Below, piece by piece: positions 28,401 to 40,400 of a stretch of 64,000 bases of DNA. The notes under the pieces were generated by a model. That model was given only the letters and a program-made list of their open reading frames with translations. It did not search any database and was not told the DNA's origin. Position numbers and translations under genes: made by a program. The DNA is from an uncultured archaeon (GTDB taxonomy: Archaea; Asgardarchaeota; Thorarchaeia; Thorarchaeales; Thorarchaeaceae). The stretch spans positions 1-64,000 of the forward strand of contig CAZSWP010000014.1 of assembly GCA_964610875.1 (NCBI GenBank), in the 5' to 3' direction. The number at the start of each line of letters is the position of its first letter. Position 1 is the stretch's first letter.

Positions 28401-31400
28401 ACAATTCCAGAGTTGGAACTATGTTGAGAATGCACTACTGGGTCACACTGGACTCTCACTTGCAGAAACGGACACTTATGACATTGGCGACTCGATGAAA
28501 GTGAAAGTTACAACTCCATGGATTACAGATGCGCGGGTTGGAATGATTCTAACAGACCCATCTGGCACTGAATGGTATACTGCTTTCAACACCACTACTG
28601 GTTCGGCATCTCACGAGATTCCCTCTTTCAAGTACAGGAAGACCATAACAGTGGAATCCGATTATGTAGCTGCAGACGTCGATAATTTTCCATTCTTCAT
28701 CAGTATTCTTGATACAGATCTCTTTGATACCAGTAAGGTTCAATCAGATGGTGATGACATCCTATTCATTCAGAACGGTCAAATACTATCACACGAGATT
28801 ACGTCGTTTATTCAGAATTTCGATGGTTCTCGGGCAAGACTTCAAGCTTGGATTGCAGCGAATCTCTCTAGTACTGTAGACACACCAATAACAATGTACT
28901 ATGGGAATCCTGTTGTTGGGTCTCAGGAGAGTGTTGGTAATCTCTGGTCAGAGCCATCCTACGAGGGTGTTTGGCATTTGGAAGAAGCTGCAACTGCTGG
29001 ACAAACATCAGCAATTCATTATGACTCCACGACAACAGATGCAGATGGTAATCAGAATGGAAATGCAAGGAATACAGGTAGAGCAGGATATGCTCAACAG
29101 TTTGATGGTACAAATGACCAGATTGTTGTCAATGCTTCATTAGGTCCTAGTCCCCCTGCTGATGCAACAATCTCTGGTTGGTTCCGTCTTGACAACTCCT
29201 TCAATGATCTCTCATCAACATCACAATTGATTGTTTCAAAATACTACTCTGATTATCACGATATGCACATAGCTCTTGTGGGGCAGGACTATGGAGGTTC
29301 TAATGCTGAATACGGTGCATTGGGCTTTAAAGTTGAAAACGACCCGAATTGGCTATACAAATACACTACAATCACATCATGGGCAGCAAATACATGGTAT
29401 CATTTTGCATGCTTTATTGATTCCGATAATCCTTCTAATCACAAAATCTACATTGATGGTGTCGATCGAACAAGCACAACATCTGGAGGTTCATCTTCAT
29501 ATGCAAATATCTCCTATGCTGGTGATTTGCAATTTGGAGGTGGAGTTGCTGATTCTCAAGTTGATAATAGATGGCTAGATGGTAGAATGGATGAGATGCG
29601 TATATCATCTACATCTAGGTCAACTGGATGGCTCAGAACAGAGTATCTGAATCTGTATAATCTTAATTCATTCGTTTCGGTAGGATCTGAAAACCAACGA
29701 ACATCTCCCGAAGCCACATTCACAAAGACAATTACTAGTGATTACAATGCTGGTCTTTGGACTCTAACCACATATTTCAACGATACAGGAACAACTGTCA
29801 CAAATGCAACTGGAATATATGAACGGAATTTCATTGTTCAACATGATAGCAGCCTTTCGCTTATTTCCCCGACAGATGCAATTTCTGACAAAGTTGCAGT
29901 TGAAGTTGCAGGCAATCAGTTGATGCTCGAAGTTGAGCTAACCGATGATGTTACTTCCAATGGAATTACAGGAGCAGAGGTCACTATCAACTGGACGGTA
30001 TCAGATGTTGCTACTGAAGTCACTCTAGATGAATACGATGATGGGCGATATGGAAAAGTCCTTGATACGGACGATTTGGGTCATAACCAAAGATGGAGAA
30101 TCAATATCGGATCATATCATCCTTACTACAATAACGCAACAGATTATTTCGATCTTGATTTGTATCACGAAACCAAATTGACATACAAGCATGTTGAAAC
30201 AACGCCTACTGGGTTTGACTTCACTGCAACCCTTGTGTATTGGGATGTATATGACAATGTACCAATAACAGGCGCATCCATTTCATTTGATAATGGTACG
30301 GCTATTACTCCGGATGCTGAAGGCAGTGGTGAATACAATATCTCACTGAGTAGTAGTAGTTACAATTATGGCGACCATATTTTCACATTCAATGCAACCA
30401 AGTCTTCGTCTTATCTTTTGGTAGGACAGTCTGATGTGATATTTACACTAAGGAAGCACTATACTGCTGTTTCTGTTACGGGTGATCTTCTAACACCGTA
30501 TGGTGAAACGACAGAGCTAACTATTATTCTGATTGACTTGGACACAGGTACATCTGTACCGATAGGTGATGTTGCATCCTTTACATTTACACCTGATGTT
30601 GAAACATCTGAGGGTGAAACTAGTCCAATCAGTGATTATATCTATACAATGGGGACTGATGATTGGTCTGTTAAGACAGAGGGAGTTACACTATCTGTGT
30701 CATTAGCTGGTTCGCAGTATTATGACCCAGATGATTATAGTTTTGATATAACAATAAGAAAACACTACACAGCACTATCTATCAATGCGAATCTAACAAC
30801 TCCCTACGGATTTACAACTGATATCTCCGTTATATTGATAGACTTGGACACAGGCGGAACTGTTGCAATTGGAAATGTGTATAACATTACTTTCGACCCA
30901 ACTGGTTATGGCTCCGATTCAGAAACAGATCCTATACCTGATTATGATTTCACTCTTGCTACAAGCTCGTGGTCAGTAGGAACAGTGAGTGTCACACTGA
31001 TAGTAGATATGACCGGCTCTATCTATAATAACCCCGATGACTATGTCTTTGAGATTATCATACGAAAACGTATGACATCAATGTCGGTTAGTGGTGATTT
31101 TGTCACTCCTTTTGGCGAGAGCACCGATGTTACTGTGACGATTACAGACTTGGACACTGGTTCCACTGTAACGATTGGAAATGTGTATAACATTACTTTC
31201 GACCCAACTGGTTACACTTCCTATTCAGAAACGGATCCTATATCCGATTATGAATTTACACTTGACACGAGCTCGTGGTCAGTAGGAACAGTGAGTGTCA
31301 CACTGATAGTAGATATGACAGGTTCGAATTACGATAGTCCCGATAACTATGTCTTCTCAATACAAATCAGAAAACACTATACTTCAGTGACGGTTATTGG

Positions 31401-34400
31401 CAACCTCACAACTCCACATGGATTCACAACAGATCTAACTGTTATCCTGACTGACTTGGACACTGGTTCCACTGTAACGATTGGAAATGTGTATAACATT
31501 ACTTTCGACCCAACTGGTTACACTTCCTATTCAGAAACGGATCCTATATCCGATTATGAATTTACACTTGACACGAGCTCGTGGTCAGTAGGAACAGTGA
31601 GTGTCATACTAATTGTTGATATGGCTGGATCTGACTATGTAAATCCAACAAATTATGCATTTAACATTATTATTCGTAAACACTTTACATCAGTGAGTAT
31701 TTCTGGAGATTTCATAACTCCATTTGGAGAGAATACAACTGTTACCATATCGCTCATTGATACTGACACTGGCGGAACTGTAGCGACAACAGATGTCGTA
31801 TCTTGGACATTTACACCAGATTCCAATCCTGTCAATTCAGAATCTTCTCCATCTGATTACGAATTCGAACTGGACACTGATGGCTGGGTTGTTTCTACCG
31901 ATTCAATTACTTTCTCAGTAGACCTTTCAGGCTCTATCTATATTGACCCTGATGACTTTGTATTCTCTGTCACTATCCGAAAGCATTACACTTCAGTTAC
32001 TGTTACAGGTGACTTGACAACTCCATATGGTAATGATACCACAGTTACAGTCGTCATTACAGACCTTGATACTGCGACAACAATTGGCTTTGGAGCTGTT
32101 AACTATCTAAACTTCACATGGACTGGAGGCTATAATGATACAGCATCAGCACTCATGACGGTTCTACAGACTAATACTTGGAATGTTGGCTCAACGACAG
32201 TGACACTTGATGTGTCAATGATCGGGTCTAACTATTTTGACCCAACAGATTACGACTTTTCAGTAACAATTACCCCATTAGAAATCACACTCTATCATGA
32301 ACCTACTGATTTGATATTCCCACAAGAAGATGATTTTGAACTAGTCCTTAGAGTTAATGTCAGCGAACCTGGTCAGTACCATGGTGATATTGTACCTGAT
32401 CTAGTGCAAGCAGAATTCACAGTACGAAATAGCACATACACTTACACAATCACACTCTATGAAATCGGTACCAGCACTGGTAGATATAATCTAACTATCA
32501 GCTGGGTTAACAATTTCTTTGAGGGTGACTATACAATAACTATCAGAGTCAATCCTGTTGACTCAAGATACAAATCTGATTCTTTAGTTGTCACCTTCAA
32601 CTATCGACCTGCACGAAGCGAATTATCTTCTCCCGACCGTGCTGCTGTAACACCATTTGAAACAAACTACACGATATCTCTCAACTTCACAGATATTGAC
32701 CGAGATAGTGGTATCTCGGGAGCCACAATTACAATCGATGGAGTTACCAGTTATGTCGTCTATGATTTAGGTGGAGGTCTCTACGAAGTTTCAATCAATG
32801 TTGATGGCATGTCCAAAGGCGAACATCTCTATGATGTTACTGCTGATGCTGATGGATACGAGGCGCAGACTATTGAATTCAAGGTCATAATACGTATTGC
32901 TTACACCTATGCTATCCCAACTACTGGAGCGTTAGATGTACCTGTTGGCAATTCGCCTGTATTCTATGTCGATTATTGGGACATCGACCATGATGAAGCA
33001 GTTACTGGAGCTACTGTCACAGATAACTGGACTGCACGTGTAGATATTGCATGGACTGGTTCGAGGTATAAAGTTACATTCAATGTCCCCGATAACACAA
33101 CGCTTGGAACCTATCTCGTGATGTTCACCTTCTCCAAGGGTGAGAACTATCAGGAAGGACAATTCAATATCTCTGTAGTTGTCCGAACTCACAATACAGA
33201 TTTCCGACTCGTAAGCGCGATTGAACCCACAAGCTTCAATGGTCAAATCAATATCTCTGTATTCTATGGGGATCTTGACAGTGGAGGCGCTGGTATCGCT
33301 GCAAGCAATGTGACTCATGCTGTATGGAATGGAACAAATTGGGTTACTTCATCATTTGAGAATGATACAAGCCTAGGTGTGGGATATTATCTGATAGCAA
33401 TTCCTGCATCACAATTTGGAGGACTCGGGCTTCAAAACTTCACAGTTTACTTCAATTGGACTGGTTCAGTATACAAATATCAAAACAAGACCCTGATTGC
33501 ATCAGTGAATATAATTGGAGAAGACTCCAAGCTAACACTTCTCCTATCCTCTGAACCAACACCGTACTTGGATAATATGACATACACCTTCTTCTATGCT
33601 GAACTCTATAGTGGTGATGGCATCACTAATACTAGTAGTCCGTATGGAGATGGCAATGTTCACATCTCTGTGAGTTTCCAAGGTCTCTCGGTTGACCTAT
33701 CACAAGTTGATATCTGGGAGATAGATTCTACAAACAATCCTGGAGAATACAGAATCCGATTCGACACTGAGATATTTTCGGATATTGGTGTCATATACAT
33801 GAACGTATTCATCAATTGGTCTAAGGGTGTAGAACCCTTCTACACAAATCGGACTGATACGATAACTGTGAGAATTCTCGCAAGAGATACGCAGTTAGCT
33901 GTTGTGCCTGCATCAGCCACTCCTTACGCTGAAAACGCAACCTTCTCCTTTACATTTGAGGATTCGTTATTGAATACAGAGATAGCGAATGCTAGCAATA
34001 TGATGATCACACTGAGCTTATCATATTATAATCTGACCTATAATGAAACCACGTTAGTATTCACGGTTTACTTCAATACGAGCCAATTTGGCGAAACAAT
34101 TGGTCAGAAGTCATTTACGTTGGGAGTGGAATGGGTTGGAGCACCCTTCTATGCAAATAAGACTGGTAGGATTCTCTATGTTACAGTTACAACACGTGAC
34201 ACCGTTGTTGATTTCCAAGCTCCTGCTCCCACACCATATTTGAACAATGTGACTTTCACAGTGACTTGGACTGATGTAACTGGTGCCTCGACATCAGGTA
34301 TTGAACTGGCATCTCTGATTCTTTATGATGGTGTAACTGCAATCGATACTATCTATTATAATGTCACTGAAATTGGGAATGGTGAATATAGCATCGAATT

Positions 34401-37400
34401 CAATACCACATATTATACCACACCTGGAACTTACTCCCTAAAACTTGAAATTTCGTCAACTAAAGTCTATTACGCGACTAAGACTACTACTCGAGATTTG
34501 ATTGTTCAATTTAGGAATTCTATATTGACAACAGACCCCATTGCAGATGTTGCATATAATTCTTCAATTATCATACAGGCATACTTCCAAGACTCCTTGA
34601 CAGGCGCGAACATTGTCAACAATTCCGACATTGTTTTCACAATTGAAACCGGCAGTAACTGGATATTCACATGTGAATGGCAGCCTTCTCTGGAGTATTA
34701 CCTCATAACCATAGAAACCTATAATCAAGCTGGACTTGAGATTGGTGTTGATTATAATCTCCGATTAAGAATGACCTACGCATATCAGAGTCCCTTCTAT
34801 GACTATGATGACGTAATTGTAACATATGAGATTAGGTACAGAGATTCAACTCTCGATAGAGTACAATCTCCAGTACAGACACCTTACCTTGACACTATTA
34901 CATTCTCTGTGCTTTACACTGATGCAGATGGAAACTCAGGGATTACAGGTGCAACTATTTACATCTCAGAAGGTGGCACCTTACTTACCTCCGGAGTCGA
35001 TTATACATTTAGTGATGATCTCGATGGATATTATACAATAAATGTTGACACCACAGCACTTGATGGTCTAGGAAGTACAAATGTCAGAATCTATGCAAAC
35101 TGGACTGGCACTCCCTACCACGACAACGCCTCACTCAGCATTAATCTTGTAGTCACTCGACGTGTCACAGATATTGTCGTCGTGTCTACACCAAGTAGAA
35201 CTAGCTATAATGAGAATGTTACTTTTGTAGTAACATTCAATGATCTGGGAACTGGAAGTACTTTATCAGTAACAAAGAATTTACTAACACTGTATATAGG
35301 CACATCAAGTCTGTTCTCCAGTGACTGGTCCTTTACCGAGATTTCTACTGATACATATGAGGTTCAAGTACTCTCAACAAAATTGACAACTGTTCTCGCC
35401 TCCGGGTTGAATGTAACACTACATGTTGATTGGCCGGATTCACCAAACTACTATCAAGATGATTCCACATCTGTTTCAGTAACTATCATAGCTAGAACTA
35501 CTGCAGTCACGATAGAGCGACCTGCAAGTACAGCTTATGGTGAGAATGCAACCCTTGAATTGACATTTATTGATACAACTGAAACCCCTGAAGAAGTAAT
35601 TGACTCTCCATTAGTTGATAGATCAACAAATCTAACCGAAACACCAACTTGGACTTATTCTGCTGGAACTGGAATCTGGACCCTGTCCTTTGACACTGCA
35701 CAATTTGGTGAAATTGGAGAAATGGTATTTCACATCAATGTGACATGGGTAGGTTCACCATTCTATGCGAACAAAACCCTACGAATTGTATACGTCGTAA
35801 TTATAGAACGCCAAACACAGGTTGAGTTTGATTCTCCCACACCAACTCCATATGGCGACAATGTCAATTTCACGATTGAATATATTGATATTGCTGGTGC
35901 TACTGATACTGGTATTGATGATGCTACACTCACTCTATATTACCTTGGCAGTCCAATCAACTCACTATATTATGATTATACAAAGCAAGGTAATGGAGTT
36001 TTTGAAGTCGAATTCAATTCAAGTTTCTTCGCAAATCCTGACTCTTACGATTTAAACGTGAGTCTTGTATATGATGGCTTAGGATACAAAGCGGATGGTT
36101 ATGCTATCAGATCTCTTCGTGTACTATATCGTAGTACTTTAGCTTCTGCTGAACCAGCTGGGAGTATTGGATATGCGACCATATTTACTATCGAAGTGTC
36201 ATTCATTGATTCATTGACACTTGCTGTGGTAGGTAATGGGTCGGGTTATGTGACTTTCACAATTACTAATAACACAGAAACATGGGAGTTCAATATCACT
36301 TGGAATGGTGCGGATGAAACTTATACACTCTCTGTGGATACTGACGGCCATCCTGGTTTGGAACTGAATAAACCATATCGCCTTTACTTTGAGATGTCTT
36401 ATGATAATGTTGTTCCATTCTATCGATCTGATGATTCATATATCTCATTCACAATCAGACAAAGGACTTCAATATTGGATATTACGGAACCGCCGACTCC
36501 TACTTCGTATCTTGAATTTGCTGAGGTCACAATCTATTATCTCGATACAGATGAAAATCAAGGGATAAGTGGTTCATCAATTGTCGTATCCACAACTGTT
36601 CCTCTAACATTGAATGTAGACTATTTTGTCACTCCCGGTGATCCGGGATACTATCTCATTCAACTAAACACTTCAGTATGGGGTGCACTTGGATCGTTCA
36701 CAGTCACTATCACTATTACTGGTGATTGGTCTGATGCTATAGCTCCATATCATGCTGATGCAAGTAGAAATACGACCATTAGAGTGATTCGAAGAACAAC
36801 AAATGTCGAGATTCTTTCTCCACCTTCAAACACAATGTATCTAGATAATCTTACTCTTACATTTGAGTACGTTGACACAACGAATTTTGATAGTCCAATG
36901 CCAATTTCAATAACAAGTGATGATATCGTTATATATGCAGATGGTGCCCCACTTGGACCTACAGACTTTGTATTAACTCCCTTTGGTTCTGCTTTCATAT
37001 TAAACATTAATTCCACTGTTTTTGGTGAGTTCTTGGTTACAAATCTAAATCTGACAATAGTCGTTGATTGGGACGATGGGACTTCGCCGTTCTATGAGGA
37101 TGACCAAACCTATATTCGTGTTTCCACTACAAAACGAAATTTGGCAATAACACTCGGACAAATCGAAACAACTCCTTATGGAGATAATATGACTATCGAA
37201 TTCACTGTTGAGGATAGCAATAGACTATCCGGTGTAGGTGATTTGATAATTCTCTTTGAGTGTACTAACTTAACACTCATAGAAGGGTTCAATTTCTGGA
37301 TCACAGAAGGAACTGGAGTGAATGAGGGTCTTTACACAATCAATGTTGACACTGGTCAATTTCTAGGTGATGTTGGTAATTATCAGTATACACTTAGAGT

Positions 37401-40400
37401 CCAATGGAATCAATCCCAGGTGCCATTCTATAGAAACCTAACAGCAATTACCCTAACTGGCTCAGTTGATCTCATATGGACAAATCTACAGAACGATTTA
37501 CCTGATCCATCTCCTGTTCAATATACTGGCAACGTGTCTATTCTAGTGTACTTCACTGACCTTGACCACGAACAAGTTGGAATTGATGTAGCGAATACAA
37601 CATTTACAGTTGTTTATGTTTCATCTGGAATAGCACCAGAACAGCTTAGAATTAATCCATTAGGCAATGGAGTATACAATATATCTTTCAGCACAGAAAA
37701 CCTACCTGGTGTTGGTTCAGTGCGTCTGAATATTACAGTAGATTCATTCCCATATGAACCGATTAGCATCACGCCGTCACTAACAATCTCAGCAATCCAG
37801 ACAACTCTTGAACCTCTCGAAGCAACCATTCAGCTAAGTTGGACAGAACTGGCGGACATAACTTTTTACTACTTGGATAATCTGCATGATAATTTGACCG
37901 TTGGGGCTGAGCTGAAGTATAATTGGATTGGTGGTGATGGTGTCTTAGTTGAAACTTCTCCCGGTGTATACGAAATAAGCATTGATACAGCTCTTGCTGA
38001 TGCTGGCACAAGGGTCATAACTTTCAATGCAACGAAAGATAATTTTCAATTTGCCATCGCCACAATTACATTAGTTGTAGCAACTCTTCCTTCTGATATA
38101 GATGCAATTGTACCTTCAAGCCTGGTTGAAGATATCAACAGAGGTTCTCCAGTTGTGGTTACTCTATATCTAAATGATACTTTCAACAATGCAGCAATAG
38201 ACGACGAGTATGTCAACGAAGTAAAAATCTCCTTCATAACAGGAACATTCTATCTCTCATATACTGGTACTGCAGGAATCTATAATGGTAGTATACCTGG
38301 TGATAGTACTATTCTTTCACCTGGCTTCTACAGTGTGATTATCACATGCACATACAGGAACTACAATCCCGCGAGTTATCAGTTCAAGATCAACTTAAAG
38401 GAAACACCAACAGTTCTTAGCTCTTCCAGATACGGCAATGCAACCGCTCTTGAAACAGTATTCTCTACTCAGTTCAATCTTACTCTGGCTCTTGAAGCAC
38501 CTACTATCGATTATATCATTACAGATGGGATAGTGAACTGGACCATTCCACAGCTTAAGATATCTGGTGATTTCATTAATCTCGGGAACGGATCTTATGT
38601 TGCAACATTCAATACTACAGGGATGTTCTTTGGTGTCTGGGCTGTGACAGTTCGAGCTTATCCTGACAACAAGACGTTAGCTGAAACCGTAAGAGGATTC
38701 ACGCTCACTATCAATCAGATTACTACAATTACTATTCGTGAAGTAATTCCTGATAGGTACTGGGGTTGGGTTGGTAATGTATCTGTACAATATTACGATA
38801 TATCATTCGAGCGTGGTATCGGAGGAGCGAATGTTACCTATACCTGGGAAGGAGGAAGCGACCTGTCCTATGACCTTGGAAATGGTACCTATCTCATTCC
38901 AATCTATAGTAACTCGGTGTTACCAGATAGTTATAACATCAAGATAACTTTCACCAAGGAGAACCATCAAGTTGGTACTGCGACTATATCTATAATCATT
39001 CGTCCTGTACCTACCGAACTCATTGCAACCGCTCCATCAATGAATTACATACCTGATTCAACTACGAGCCTAGAACTTCCAATAAATGAAACAGTAACAA
39101 TAACATTATACTATAATGACACAGATAATTCCGACGGATATATTGGAGGTCTGGAAGGAGCTAATTTTGGTAGTTCAGTCATCAGTTCAGACCTTGGAAC
39201 TGCTTTTGTAATTCCACTTTCAATCGAAGTATCAGAGATTGGTGATGGCTATTATGAATTCAGCTTTGATACAAACCTAGTAAGATTCAATGTCAAAATA
39301 GGATATTCATACACAATTACTTTCATCGTTAATCTGGCTAATAGAACAAGAAGTGTAGCACTGATGAAAGTAAAAGTTATTGAAATGCCTACAGTGATTG
39401 AGATTATTCAACAAGACATTAACATCATGTACGGGGAAATTGGAGAAATTTGGCTAAACTATACGAATGGATGGCCAGCATATGAAGGACAACCTATCAG
39501 AAATGCAAATCTCTCTCTAGATTATGCAAGTCAATTCCTTACATTTTCCAATCCAGAAGAACGTAGTCCGGGAATATACGTCATTCAATATACCGCAGGA
39601 TCTAGTTTTGTGCCATCGGATTACGCAATACCAATAGAGGTTCAACTAAATATCACAAATCATGAAATCAAAACTTTGAGTTTCATAATTATTGTTGCGC
39701 CCACACCTGAGGCACAGACATTGTACAATAGTACAATTCTAGGTACACCAATTCTGCTGTTCATTCTAATACTTGTTGGACTATGGATAAAGGTCTGGAG
39801 TGTCCCCAAAAAGCTGAGGCAGATCAATGGACAGATCAAACAACTAAGGAAAGGAAAGATTCCAAAACCAATCGATGATGCCAAACCGAGAGAAGCTCTG
39901 GTCGCTGAGTTGTTCAACGACACCTATGAAGATTACAGAGTTGGAGATAAAGTCATAACACGAAAACCAGATCAAATGCCTTCCGAAGCTGTTGCCGTGG
40001 AAGTACCAGAAATGGGCGAGTTACTTATACAACTCTCTATTCTCACAAACCTTTCACCTGAAGAGCTTGATGAGTTCAAGGCTGATATTTCTAAGATGAA
40101 AATCAGTGAACAGGCTGCATTTGTGAAAGAAGTCATCATGCAAGAAGCTATTCGTGCGGCTCGTCGTGAAAACAAGACCGTTGAAGATATCATAGAAGAT
40201 ATCGAACATCAAGCAAGAGTTCAGCTGAGTGGCGAGGATATCGAAAGGGTTGATAGAACAAAAGCACCTACTGAGGAAGAACCAATCCTTCTCCTTGATG
40301 ATGAGGTAACTGAAGAGGTCACTCCCATTGATGAAGAAGAGGAGATTTCTGAAAGCGCTCGTGAGATAATTGACACAATTCGTCGTGAAGAGGTAGCAAC

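Noticed and set aside
31147-31606. Possible DGR template/variable repeat pair
   Set aside because: The copies are identical rather than differing at adenines, both lie in-frame in a tandem domain array, and no reverse transcriptase is in the window.
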